This document shows, one piece after another, positions 42,730 through 53,098 of a stretch of 64,000 nt of DNA (within the stretch, counting starts at the first letter, position 1; every line of letters begins with the position of its first letter). The translations under genes and the position numbers were made by a program. The notes under the pieces are model-generated. The model made no database searches, was not told the DNA's origin, and worked only from the letters and a program-made list of their open reading frames with translations. The stretch is from an uncultured Verrucomicrobiae bacterium (lineage in GTDB: Bacteria; Verrucomicrobiota; Verrucomicrobiia; Limisphaerales; Palsa-1400): NCBI GenBank assembly GCA_963702845.1, contig OY969763.1, positions 1,856,001 through 1,920,000 on the forward strand, written 5' to 3'.

Positions 42730-42987
42730 CTACGGTTTGCTTTTGCCGGCAGATTTGTGCGCTCTCGTGATGATCTTTGCCAAATCAACGCCGATGCCAT
42801 CCGCAAGCCGCAAGGCGGTTTCCAACGACGGTTTTCGCAGGCCGCGTTCAACGTAGCCGACCATTTGCTGCGATAATCCGCAGCGCTGCTCGACGGCGTA
42901 TTTGGTCAATCCACGCTGCTTCCGTTCGGCAGCGAGCATTCGCACGATGCGCTCGCTTCGTTCGGCGTAGGACTTGTGAGCATTCAC
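42730..42987 (-). CDS. XRE family HTH regulator
   Basis: ERKQRGLTKYAVEQRCGLSQQMVGYVERGLRKPSL. Confidence 0.8.
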   Translation of the reverse strand: MNAHKSYAERSERIVRMLAAERKQRGLTKYAVEQRCGLSQQMVGYVERGLRKPSLETALRLADGIGVDLAKIITRAHKSAGKSKP

Positions 42988-43047
42988 TCGGGCAGGCTAT
43001 GCGTGATTGCGTTTGACACGATACGACACAACTGTTACGTACTGGCC

Positions 43048-43290
43048 ATGATCTTCATGAAGCGCATTGGACCGGATCCTCACGAAGGCGGTGCGGCAAC
43101 CCCTGGCTGCCGCGGTTGTCCTGATATCTGGGAGCTCGACAACGGCGATTTCGCCGTTATCGGTGCGGACATTACTGAACTTTCCTCATCGCTTCCGGCC
43201 TCGGCAAATTGTGGGCCGGATGAGCGTATCGTGCGCATTCCTCGTAAAACCTTGGTTCGGGCAAAGAACGATATCCCCAATTCCCTCTGA
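43048..43290 (+). CDS. Small conserved hypothetical protein
   Basis: C..CPDIWEL..GDFAVIG.DIT...ERIV.IPR; divergent from the XRE gene. Confidence 0.6.
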   Translation: MIFMKRIGPDPHEGGAATPGCRGCPDIWELDNGDFAVIGADITELSSSLPASANCGPDERIVRIPRKTLVRAKNDIPNSL

Positions 43291-43325
43291 CGAGTACTTC
43301 TGCACTTCGTCCTCGCCGTGGTATC

Positions 43326-43796
43326 ATGGTCGGCATGACAGGTTTGCAATGGGTAATCGACAATTGGCCGGTTGAAATCAATGCCATTGGGGTGATTGGC
43401 GGCCTCGTTTTCGCCGCGATTGCATACCGTTCTGAGGCTAAGACTAGGCGCATCGCCAACCTGCTCACGATCACGGCCAATCGCGAGCACATATGGAAGA
43501 AGTTCTACTCGCGGCCGGAATTGACTCGTGTCGTCGATCCATCGGTCGACTTAGTGAAGAAGCCCATTACGCCTGCGGAAGAGGAGTTCGTCACATCCGT
43601 CATTCTTCACATCAACAGTGCCTATTACGCCATGAAGGACGATTTGGTTGTGAAACTCGAAGAACTGCGCTGGGACGTGGGCGCATTCATGTCGCTGCCG
43701 CTGCCCCGAGCAGTTTGGGAGAAGACCAAGAAATATCAGAACAGTGATTTCATCGCGTTCGTGGAGATGTGTAGGACGGGGGGGCGTTTGCTTTAA
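43326..43796 (+). CDS. Hypothetical protein with N-terminal transmembrane helix
   Basis: 156-aa ORF with a hydrophobic N-terminus. Confidence 0.6.
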   Translation: MVGMTGLQWVIDNWPVEINAIGVIGGLVFAAIAYRSEAKTRRIANLLTITANREHIWKKFYSRPELTRVVDPSVDLVKKPITPAEEEFVTSVILHINSAYYAMKDDLVVKLEELRWDVGAFMSLPLPRAVWEKTKKYQNSDFIAFVEMCRTGGRLL

Positions 43797-43969
43797 AGTT
43801 GGTGGCGATCGTCGCGCGAAGTGTGGAGCGAAGATGCACTTTCATTACCAGAGAAAGCGATATCGAGCGATGGTTTCGTCTTCTGCGCGCGCTGCCGGCG
43901 GTGTGAGGAAGAAACGCCAACCTCGGACAAGTTGCAGATGTATTTGTGTATGGTACAATTGCCGCTGCC

Positions 43970-44245
43970 ATGAAACGCCCAATGAGCATCCGCGAAGAAG
44001 CCAATGCGCTCACCTGCTGCGCCGTGCGCAACGGATATCTTGAGGAACTCCATGCCGGCAAGCATTCAGCGCTCTTGGAAACTCCCGGCCTTTCGCGCAT
44101 CACGGACGCCGAGATGAAGAAGCTAATGATCCAAATTTCATCGAAGGTCTCCGAGCTCCTTTCGCTCAGAGAGACTAATCCGGACGAATACTGGCGGCAA
44201 ATGACGTTATTCAACGACCGTTACTGCGGCCGGTGGGAGAAGTAG
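43970..44245 (+). CDS. Hypothetical protein
   Basis: RNGYLEELHAGK...ITDAEMKKLMI; plausible coding composition. Confidence 0.55.
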   Translation: MKRPMSIREEANALTCCAVRNGYLEELHAGKHSALLETPGLSRITDAEMKKLMIQISSKVSELLSLRETNPDEYWRQMTLFNDRYCGRWEK

Positions 44246-45544
44246 CTAATTCGGAGGAGAGACCATGCCGGCTCGCGCCATCCAGCGGTTGAGTTTCTCG
44301 TCTATCTTCGAACGACGTACAGCATATCGCATCCGAGATTGGGCGATACGGACGTCTTTCCTATTCATTGGGCTTTCGAGAGGTGGATGTGTCTTCGCTC
44401 GGAACGGCTCCTTGTTGGTTCCGTGGTCGAGGAGTTTCAGCGCCACCTCGAAGCGGCCAAGATCGGCAAGCGCGCTTGGCGGGAAAGTTTTCCCGAATTC
44501 TTTTTCCATGATCTCTGCGTCGGCGTAGCCGATGCGGAATGTAATAACAGTTCCCACGTTTCCGAATACCGCCTGACGCACGGGTAAAGAGAGTTGATCT
44601 ATGTATTGGTGCGAGAGAATGAGACAGAGTCGGTACCTGCGCGCTTCGGCGAGAATTGAAGCGAATGCATCAGTTGAGAAATTCTGGAACTCGTCAATGA
44701 ACAGGTAAAAATCACGTCGTTGCGATTCTGGAACGTTGGAGCGGGCCATCGCCGCCAGCTGGAATTGTGTGACAAGCAACGAGCCAAGCAGGTTTGCTTT
44801 CTCGTGTCCCAAGTGGCCTTTGGACAGATTGGCAATGAACAAACGGCCGTTGTCCATGACGAACGGAATACTCACTTTGTTCTTCACTTGGCCGAGAATG
44901 TTGCGAATCACCGGGCTCATCAGAAACTGGCCAAGCTTGTTTTGGATCGGCGCGATTGCTTCGCGGCGGAATCGGTCGTCATATCCGGCGTATTCCTCGG
45001 CCCAAAACGCTTTGATGAACGGGTCCTTGATTTGCCGGATCACTTTTTCCCGGTATGCATCGTCCGTGAGCATTCGGCTCACGCCAAGCAGCGTCGCATT
45101 CCGACAATCCAGAAGCGCAGCAACGGCATTGTAGAGGATGTATTCAAGCCTCGGCCCCCAGGAATCTCGCCAGATGCCTTTGAACGCCGAAACAATGCCC
45201 GATGCAACAAGGTGCCGGTCGTCCGGAGCAACATTGGTGAGCACGTTGAAGCCGATGGGGAAGTCCAAATCCCCCGGATTGAAATACACAACGTGATCAG
45301 TGCGTTTGGGCGGGATGTAGTCCAGGATTTCTTCGGCCAAATCGCCGTGCGGATCGATCAAACCAACGCCATGGCCTAACGCGATGTGCTGAACGATCAT
45401 GTTTTTAAGGAGCGTCGTCTTGCCGGAACCCGTCTTGCCAATGATATAGATGTGGTGGCGTTGGTCCTTTTCAGAAATGCCAAAAGGCAGGGCCTGTCCC
45501 CAGCCCTCACGCTCTCCGATCGTGATGTAGTCTTCGGGATTCAT
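44246..45544 (-). CDS. Second VirD4/TraD-like (DUF87) coupling ATPase
   Basis: HIYIIGKTGSGKTT, IDPHGD, WGPRLE, FIDEFQNF, EARRY, SHQY. Confidence 0.87.
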   Translation of the reverse strand: MNPEDYITIGEREGWGQALPFGISEKDQRHHIYIIGKTGSGKTTLLKNMIVQHIALGHGVGLIDPHGDLAEEILDYIPPKRTDHVVYFNPGDLDFPIGFNVLTNVAPDDRHLVASGIVSAFKGIWRDSWGPRLEYILYNAVAALLDCRNATLLGVSRMLTDDAYREKVIRQIKDPFIKAFWAEEYAGYDDRFRREAIAPIQNKLGQFLMSPVIRNILGQVKNKVSIPFVMDNGRLFIANLSKGHLGHEKANLLGSLLVTQFQLAAMARSNVPESQRRDFYLFIDEFQNFSTDAFASILAEARRYRLCLILSHQYIDQLSLPVRQAVFGNVGTVITFRIGYADAEIMEKEFGKTFPPSALADLGRFEVALKLLDHGTNKEPFRAKTHPPLESPMNRKDVRIAQSRMRYAVRRSKIDEKLNRWMARAGMVSPPN

Positions 45545-46293
45545 GGTTCCGGCACCAGCCGCAACACTCCACCGCACAGTGAAAACCCGCCTTCCTGTTT
45601 AGGCTTTCAGGTGCGACTTCCTTGGGAATCGTCGGCAGAATGCTTTTGGAGCAGCCGACGCGGTAATGGCGGCTGGTGTCGAAACCCGAACCCTTTCGGT
45701 GCCGTATCGTAGCACGGCACGTTTGGGCGGACGCGCCCTGCGGCGCGACTGATTTTGTAAAACGCCCATACTGGGCGGCGCTTTTTCCTCACTGCCAGCA
45801 AATGGCAGTGTCTTGACCGAATAGTCGTTCCGCCAGTCCTCCGCGCTCTACGCGAACGCTTCGCGCTAGCGAGCGCGTGTATCCTCCACGTTTTACGCGT
45901 GAACGGTCGTGATAACGAAGACGTGATTTGTGCGATAGCACCTTCTCTCAAAACCCGTCCCCCAACGTGTCGGCGTCTAAGGGAGGATACGACCGTGCGG
46001 CCGACATAAACGGTTTTTGGTTAAAGGACAGCGGATAGATGTCCTTTATACCCGATAGCCGGAGGAAAAAGCGTTTATGTCGGGCGGTAGCCGACGACAC
46101 GTTGGGGAACTCGTTGTGCGCGGTTAAGCCGTATACGTAAGGTCGTGACGGGCGTCTGCCCCTACATACCATGTATGTAGCTCGTGGCGCGCGCGTCGGA
46201 GATAATGCTTTCGCATTCGCACGTGAAGAGCGTCCATCGCTTTGCGCCGTGATCTTCATTCAAAATTGACAGAGTCGATCGGTCACGTTTCAG

Positions 46294-46650
46294 TTGCTGA
46301 GTGATTACCCAGTATTTAGCCGAAGCCCTCTTGGGGATGACGCATTTAAAAGGTGGGCTGCGGACAATCTCGAGCCAGCGCCCTTCAAGCCTTCGTTTGA
46401 GGCCAGAGATTTGGCACCTGACACAAGCCTCCGCCGTTTCATGGACTTGCCAAAATTGTTCGATATTTTGACGAGGTAACGCTTTGTCCTACCACAACTT
46501 GGTCGATTGATGGAGAGAGACCCATTCGAGTGCAACGCTCGGAGATTATTTACTGAGATGGGCCGTGAAGAACTGGAAAAGTTTGTTGTGCTGCGTAAAT
46601 CGTATGCACCGAACCTGGAAATTGGTTATCGCTCCAAGAACCCCGGATAA
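46294..46650 (+). pseudogene. Degraded hypothetical gene (DUF2971-like start)
   Basis: LRRFMDLPKLFDIL, a stop codon, then the in-frame continuation RFVLPQLGRLMERDPFE. Confidence 0.35.
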
Positions 46651-46767
46651 AATCGCTCAGCATAAACTTGCCAGGTTGTATTTTGAAATTGCGCGCATAT
46701 TTGAAAGGCAATCTCATTAACTGCGTTCACTCTCTACTGGACCGACCAGATACTCAACTGGCAGTTA

Positions 46768-47346
46768 CTAATTACACAATCGGCCTGCGGATAAGATGGT
46801 TCTGATTACTTTTGATTCAGTGTCAGTCGTCCCGTCTAACACCAAGACTTGTGGGATTGTCTCCGCAAGTTGATGGAGATGTCGGTCGACGGTTGATCTG
46901 AAACCTTCATCAGTGTCGCGCGGCTTTTCGGGATCGATTGTAACCGGTGCTGTGGCTTTCGAGTATATTAGACAGCCGTAGGTCAAACAGTGGTGGGCAA
47001 CTAACTCGCGGAGGTATGCTTGGCGCCGCGTATCGAGCTTTTCATTCCGGAATTCAAACGCCGCCAGCTGATAGCCAAGCGCGTCGACCGGAGGCCGGTC
47101 GACAAGCAGAATATCTTGCGTTTTGTGTTCGAGTTCCAAGCTAATTCCTCGTGCCATCATCCACAATGTGCTCTCAAATGTATGATTCGCTAGGATTGGA
47201 AATCCGCGATCCCGGGCCTCCACAGCCAAACCACCGAGAGTTTTTACTGACAATCCTCGGTTTACGAGTTCCGCCTCAAGCTTTTTCAAAAAGCTCGACT
47301 TGCCCGTAGAATGGGTGCCGAAAATTCCGATTTTAAATTGAGCCAT
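46768..47346 (-). CDS. P-loop nucleotide-kinase-like protein (AAA_28/NadR-like)
   Basis: KIGIFGTHSTGKS Walker A; LLVDR..VDALGY; start overlaps the radical SAM 3' end. Confidence 0.78.
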   Translation of the reverse strand: MAQFKIGIFGTHSTGKSSFLKKLEAELVNRGLSVKTLGGLAVEARDRGFPILANHTFESTLWMMARGISLELEHKTQDILLVDRPPVDALGYQLAAFEFRNEKLDTRRQAYLRELVAHHCLTYGCLIYSKATAPVTIDPEKPRDTDEGFRSTVDRHLHQLAETIPQVLVLDGTTDTESKVIRTILSAGRLCN

Positions 47347-48475
47347 TATCGTTCCATCCAATGTCAGCACGTCCGTGTCGCCCAATTTTATGTGGGTGTT
47401 TTCGATCGTGCACCTGAAAACGAAGATTATGCTGCAAAAAATACCGATATTGTTCGTCCAAATCATCGAATTCGATGGCCCGGTCAGTTATCGAGAAAGA
47501 TTTATCGGTTCTGCCGATTGCCTTTAATAAGAGTGAGACGGCGGAGTCGTCGGGTCGTCGATGGCGATGCGAGCACAAATCTACTTGGCCTCTTGGGCAA
47601 ATATCGCAAAGCTCGGTGATTCCGAAATGCCCGTTATAATCTGCGTCGCCGTGTGCAAAACAAACGCCGCACGAAGTCTTTCTGAAAAGTTTGTGCCTTT
47701 CGCCGGCGGTAGTAAATGTGGCGATGATTTGGCGTTCAAGATCTTCAGGCAAGATTTTTCGACGGGCTGTGGCCCCGTACGGTTCCGGCAAACCAGCCTG
47801 TTGATAGAATGCTTTTATCTCGTCTCTATAGAATAGCCCCGTGAAGACCGTCGCGTGCGAATGTCGGCTTAAATCAACCGCCTTCGTGATGTCCTCATCT
47901 CGGTCGTTAAGTCCAGGGACGATTGGCCGCCAATATTGCACGACTCGAAACCGCTCGGCCTGCGAGTAAGCTAACTTCAGCGAGTGCTCGGCAATCGAAC
48001 TGTCGATAGGTTCGATGCGACCGTCCTGAATTCCAGAATGTGTGATCAATAACGTAATCCGCAAGGAGCGCAGAGCATTCAACCTCATGCAATCTTCTGC
48101 GAGCACTTTGTACCGGCTGATCACGAGAACGTGGTTCTTCAGTTGCATTGCATCCATCGCATTTAAGACAGCAAACAGGTGCGGTTTAACCGTTGGTAGA
48201 AATGGATCGGTCGCACGGTTGAAAATCTGGATCGGCGTGATGTCTCTACGGAAAAATTTGTGCCCGATTAGCAGGCCAACCGCCTCGTTATCGGACATGA
48301 GGAGCGCGGGTTCCTTCATCTCGAAATTATTGAACAGATGCCGAACGCAATAGGCACAATCAAGTGGACATCCGATGACGTGATTTAAGCTTAACCCTGA
48401 CTTCCGGTACTCAATCGGGTCCTGTAGGCTGGAATTCAAGCCCACCCATTGAGATTGCGAAATGTGTCTCAACAT
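47333..48475 (-). CDS. Radical SAM protein (spore-photoproduct-lyase-like branch)
   Basis: GCPLDCAYC, TDPF, RPIVPGLND; additional C-terminal Cys (CGVC, CDIC...C). Confidence 0.83.
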   Translation of the reverse strand: MLRHISQSQWVGLNSSLQDPIEYRKSGLSLNHVIGCPLDCAYCVRHLFNNFEMKEPALLMSDNEAVGLLIGHKFFRRDITPIQIFNRATDPFLPTVKPHLFAVLNAMDAMQLKNHVLVISRYKVLAEDCMRLNALRSLRITLLITHSGIQDGRIEPIDSSIAEHSLKLAYSQAERFRVVQYWRPIVPGLNDRDEDITKAVDLSRHSHATVFTGLFYRDEIKAFYQQAGLPEPYGATARRKILPEDLERQIIATFTTAGERHKLFRKTSCGVCFAHGDADYNGHFGITELCDICPRGQVDLCSHRHRRPDDSAVSLLLKAIGRTDKSFSITDRAIEFDDLDEQYRYFLQHNLRFQVHDRKHPHKIGRHGRADIGWNDNGSI

Positions 48476-48887
48476 AAAAAATTACCGTAATTCGGTTTGC
48501 GGCCTGGTCAATCATTCTTCGGTTTCAATACGGAATAGTGTTGAGTTAGTACCGCTGTCTATAAAACATGGGCACTGCTGCGTTTCAACGCAACGAGCAC
48601 GCCTTAGTGCTGAAACACTGGTTCTGCAACGAAGCTGAATCGAAACGCCTTAAGTTAGCAAATGCTTTTTCTTTTTAGCCGCTCTGTTTCTCGCTCGCGT
48701 GTTACGGCTTCGACCGGCCTGCAATAGGCCTTCATGTCTTCGATTTCGCCGTGATCGATCGGGTCAGGGAGAGAAATGTTCAGCTGTATGAGAAGGCCGT
48801 ATTCAATAAGTTTTCTAACCGCGTCGAGTCAGGACCCCGGCACTGAGGGTACCCCCATCACCGGCGGTAGTTGCCAATTCTCACCGG

Positions 48888-49175
48888 TTACGTCGGTTGC
48901 AAGTTATACCACGTGCTGCCGTTAGATTCCGTGACGAGGACAGAATAGTCTTTCACGACGGCAGCTGCCCCCTGCTTAGCTGCGTCGAGCACCTGTTGGC
49001 TAGTCCAATTAGCGTCTAGAAAATATTCGGCCGGGGGAAGCTTGTACGTTTTCGGCTCCGACGACCTTATCGTCCGGGAAAAGCCTCGTTTTTCCATTTC
49101 CGCATGGAGTTTCGTATATTCGGCAGCGTCATGCCGGATTCCATGCAACTCGACTCGTGTTATGAACCGTGCCAT
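48888..49175 (-). CDS. GhoS/DUF2622-like small protein
   Basis: MARFITRVELH...Y..LHAEMEKRGFSRTI...YKLPPAEY...VLVT. Confidence 0.65.
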   Translation of the reverse strand: MARFITRVELHGIRHDAAEYTKLHAEMEKRGFSRTIRSSEPKTYKLPPAEYFLDANWTSQQVLDAAKQGAAAVVKDYSVLVTESNGSTWYNLQPT

Positions 49176-49185
49176 ACGTACGTGA

Positions 49186-49575
49186 TTAATCCGAAATGAT
49201 GTACAGCCCTAGAACGATCGCCGCCAAAGCAAAAGCCGCGGACAACTGAGGGCTCGTCGCCTTACCAGTCTGGGAGTAGTTCGCGTAATGCTCACAATTG
49301 AATTTCCACAGATCGTATTTCGTTCCCAAGAGAGATAGAGCGCGTTGGACGACCTGCGTTCGAGCGAAACTGTCTGCTGGTGCGGGAATTTCGATCGAAA
49401 CTGCGGAACCGCCCAAGAATTTTTCGAAGGTCGAGAGGATCACGACGCCCGTTTTCTTGTCGTTATGAGCCACGCAGCGCCCGTCTAACCGCGGGCCCAA
49501 ATAGATGCCGACGTGGCGATATAAAAACCTCTGCACTTGAATCTTGTCTCCCGCCGCTAGTGTGTGCGATTGCAT
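49186..49575 (-). CDS. LRAT-like (permuted NlpC/P60) protein with C-terminal TM helix
   Basis: YRHVGIYLG, VAH, Y.LWKFNCEHYA catalytic motif. Confidence 0.78.
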   Translation of the reverse strand: MQSHTLAAGDKIQVQRFLYRHVGIYLGPRLDGRCVAHNDKKTGVVILSTFEKFLGGSAVSIEIPAPADSFARTQVVQRALSLLGTKYDLWKFNCEHYANYSQTGKATSPQLSAAFALAAIVLGLYIISD

Positions 49576-49746
49576 GGCACCCCATATGTTGTACAGGGCG
49601 GGCTCAAGTGTCAAGCGAATGTCTAAATCCCTTCCGCGGTTGCAAAATTTACGCGCGACTAGCGGTGTTGAATTTGGCCAGCAGACGGTTCGGTGAATCA
49701 AGATTTGGCCTATTTTCTGAAAACATTTTGTCATGATTCCGCGGTA

Positions 49747-50361
49747 TCAGCGCAACGGGACCACTGTCCAGCCAAATGGTTGGCGATACGCTTCCGCCAT
49801 CACTTGGCCCATTATCACAGAATAGTGCGCGACGGTGTAATCTTCATCGTCATTATGTTCGCGGACCAGACGGGCCGCCCATTCGGCGTCAGGAACAACA
49901 ATCTTTGCATCCACGGAACTGAGTTCCAATCGTTCGCAAGGTATTCTCCATTCGCGTTCCCAAGTGAAGTCCGAGAACTCGAAACCTTCGCGTATCTCAT
50001 ATAGCATGTGCCGCCAGCGATGGCTTTTTGGCAGTGCGTCATACTCGGCGTTTGTCTGGTATATGACTGGACGGCCTCCTTGAGCGAACAGCCATTTCTT
50101 GGCCACCATGATACCGAATGGGGAATAACGGGAATAGTAGTCTTCATTGAGCAAGCCCTCGCCGAGACTGGAAAGGGGCGCCTCGGAGAAGCATACGCAC
50201 GGGAAACTTCCCTTAATGAGTCGGCCACTGCCCAAAAGGGTCTTTTCGTAGATAATCTTTTGAAGCCGCTGATATGCGGCTTCGTCTGAAACATCACTCG
50301 TAAAATGAATCAGATTCGGAGAAATATCCAACCTGCCCATAGGGCAAATAATCGTATCCAT
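49747..50361 (-). CDS. AbiGi-like / ART-fold-like hypothetical protein
   Basis: LIHFT, VCFSEAPL, YSPFGI..K..LFAQGGRPVIY, WEREWR. Confidence 0.55.
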   Translation of the reverse strand: MDTIICPMGRLDISPNLIHFTSDVSDEAAYQRLQKIIYEKTLLGSGRLIKGSFPCVCFSEAPLSSLGEGLLNEDYYSRYSPFGIMVAKKWLFAQGGRPVIYQTNAEYDALPKSHRWRHMLYEIREGFEFSDFTWEREWRIPCERLELSSVDAKIVVPDAEWAARLVREHNDDEDYTVAHYSVIMGQVMAEAYRQPFGWTVVPLR

Positions 50362-51043
50362 GTCTTCAAAAAGCTAAAGCAAATATCGTCCGCAACTTAC
50401 CACACAGGAGCAATGCGCTTTGAAGTTTATCCCGAATTCGCCTGTGCTGTCGTCGATTCGAGAGATTACTGGTGCCATAGGACTGTCGTCTTCAGGATCT
50501 GGATATCGTGTCGTTCAAAGCTTAATGCGAAAGCGGCTTATTTCTCGTGATGCTGAAGGAAAGCCCCGTGTTGCTTAATAGCTTCTCGTTGTGCTGATGG
50601 CCCTCTAAATGAACCTCCCATTGCGTCCACGTTTTCGTTTGGAACCATCGGCGCGTTCTTATCAAACGGATAACGCCGAAAAACAGGGGACTGCGGATCG
50701 ATCTCTTTCCATATCTTTTCCAAGGCAACCTTGCCTTTGGTTCATCTTCCTTCACGCCCTGCACCATTGGGAGTAGATAGAACCAAATTTTTGTGGTCAA
50801 AAAAGCTAAGCAAATGCTGGGCCATTTTGATTTCGATTTTTTCGTCAAAAATCCAAAATCAGGCACCCATTTATCAAGATCGAACCGGCATCGATTCTAC
50901 GGCTTAAAATCGTGAGTACGGGTCGATGAAGAAACGCACGTCACCGAAGGAAATTTCGCTCTCGATATTGGCAGAACACGTCGATCACGCGACTGCTAGT
51001 ACCGCACTGGGCTGAGCAAGCGTATAACTAGGAGGAGGTTCTT

Positions 51044-51259
51044 ATGAAACGTGCATCAACCGTTTTCCGCGCCCTTAAGCTGTCTTTGTGGACTGCGTTT
51101 TGGGTATTTGCCGGGCTCACGGCACCGTTCGCATTCTCACCAATCCAAACGGAGCAAAAGGTAGCTCGAATCTATCAGTTCGCGGGTCAAATGGCGGCAA
51201 TAAGCGCATCAATTGTCTTCGTAGGGGCTCTGATACATTCGAGCAGGCGTAACCGATGA
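51044..51259 (+). CDS. Small membrane protein
   Basis: Strong AGGAGG RBS before the ATG; two hydrophobic segments. Confidence 0.5.
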   Translation: MKRASTVFRALKLSLWTAFWVFAGLTAPFAFSPIQTEQKVARIYQFAGQMAAISASIVFVGALIHSSRRNR

Positions 51260-51295
51260 AGACCGGCCTGGGGCAGAATAACCCAGGCTTTTTTA

Positions 51296-51778
51296 TCAAT
51301 GATATCCGATCCAAATGGCGATATCGATTATCGGGAACGCCCAAAAAAACACCACTGGGAGCGCAGCGTATTTCGTTTTGACTTTTGAATCATCGATAGC
51401 TGAATACTGGCTTGCTGCCTGTTGAAGTTGGAACCGGTACGAATAGTAGCGCTTCAACAGGTTGAGCGTTAGCATCGAAAATAAAAGTGCAATTGTGATT
51501 TGAATAAATGTCCCGTAGAACCATCGTGAAAAAGGGAATACGGCCGCTGGCACAACGAACTGGTTGTGGGCGATCCCTTGCGCGATATCTCGCCTAATGA
51601 AGTATAAGGCAGATTCGACACCGGCCAATAACGCCATCCCCCACTGAATCAGAGAAAACAGCACGGCTCGATGATTCCTTATCTCCTCACGCAACCACTG
51701 CTCATGATTCTTCATCAATTCGACTTCCTCGTTCCGGCATTGAGGCTTCATATTGCAATATGCGTTTGTGGGGAACAC
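51296..51778 (-). CDS. Hypothetical membrane protein (start may be 51715)
   Basis: Three hydrophobic segments. Confidence 0.55.
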   Translation of the reverse strand: MFPTNAYCNMKPQCRNEEVELMKNHEQWLREEIRNHRAVLFSLIQWGMALLAGVESALYFIRRDIAQGIAHNQFVVPAAVFPFSRWFYGTFIQITIALLFSMLTLNLLKRYYSYRFQLQQAASQYSAIDDSKVKTKYAALPVVFFWAFPIIDIAIWIGYH

Positions 51779-52660
51779 ATTTTCAAGTTCTGGTTCATAT
51801 TAATCCGGCTCCTTGCGCTTCATTATGAAATTTGCCGTCGTGAAGTTGCGGGACGGGCTCTGTGACAAAGCCTCATTGATATGGATTGCGGCATGGCTGT
51901 AATCCGTGTGTTACTGAAAAACGAAGAACACTCATGGTCAAACACTTGGGAGGACAGACGAGGTGACTGTCAGCAAAAACGTCAGCATCTATGCTGACAT
52001 TATCAGTGCACCGGCACTACACCGGACTGACACGCTGATAGCACCGTATCGCATCCTCGGCGAAAGAACTTGGGGAGGCACTGAAAGTTCAAACCGCGTT
52101 GGCGGCCAAGATCGAATCCCACGAAGAAGAGTCATTTTGATTCGTTTCTAGTGTTGGCGATTGCCAGATCGCCACTGGTCAGCAGTGACGGCTATCCACC
52201 CAGAGCTCGTGATCCACAAAGTCTAGAACGTCTCGTTCCGATTGATAATAGATAGTCACCGTTCCGTCGTATGCGGGCCTGACCACGATGCTCACCTCTC
52301 GGCCTTCCTTCTTAATTCCCGCGAGGACAGTGACCGCGGTCTCGTCGAGATCGGTAACTGTCAGCAGAGGTGCTGAGAAAGTGTTGGGTTGGGTTAGCGA
52401 GTGTTAGTTTGATTCATCAGCGAAATAGAGCATTTTAGAGACGAATTTGATGCTTAAGGCGACCGATTCCACCCTCGCCTTCAAATCTAACCGTTAGTGC
52501 GGCAATGATTTGTGAAGCTTCCACATACGAGTAACAGCGGAAGTGCCAGCAGGATTTAACCTGCTCTGTCGAAAACATTTTTTCGCGAGAGTGTCCGCTA
52601 ACGGCGAAGGACAGACGACGCAAGCGCGGCGGGCCGGAGCCACGAAGAAAACTCTCAAAT

Positions 52661-53098
52661 TTACAATGCCCGTTGAATGCGCTGCAAACAATTTAACGGG
52701 CGTTTTGCCAATGCACATTCCCAAATTCTAACAACCGTCCATCCTGCCGCGCGCAGCTTGCGCGTGACACGACGATCACGATTCTTGTTTCCAACGATCT
52801 TGCCGCGCCATAATGCCGCGTTTCGCTTGGGTTTTAGATTGCGACCACATTCATGGCCATGCCAAAAACAGCCGTCAACGAATACCGCCAGTTTTCCTCT
52901 TGGAAAAACGAAATCGGGTTTGCCGGGCAGGAGAAAATCACGGCGCCATCCATGCAATCGCGCGGAGCGTAAGAGCAAGAGCAGTTTCAATTCCGTAGAG
53001 GCATTTCGCTTGCTGCGAATCCGCGACATAAGCACCGAACGAGATAGTCCTCCAAATGTCGTTTTCGTATGTTTGCTACTACCGGGCCAGCGACTCAT
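52661..53098 (-). CDS. vsr: Very-short-patch repair endonuclease
   Basis: MSRIRSKRNASTE, GKPDFVF, FVDGCFWHGH, W.VVRIWEC. Confidence 0.92.
   Translation of the reverse strand: MSRWPGSSKHTKTTFGGLSRSVLMSRIRSKRNASTELKLLLLLRSARLHGWRRDFLLPGKPDFVFPRGKLAVFVDGCFWHGHECGRNLKPKRNAALWRGKIVGNKNRDRRVTRKLRAAGWTVVRIWECALAKRPLNCLQRIQRAL

Noticed and set aside
47333..48475. Prokaryotic viperin
   Set aside because: The motif context (TDPF, RPIVPG) fits the SPL-like branch, not the viperin/MoaA-like GGEP type.
50522..52440. Short fragments (50522-50866; startless frame ~52180-52385 reading VLAGIKKEGREVSIVVRPAYDGTVTIYY)
   Set aside because: Probably gene debris; cannot be assigned reliably without a search.
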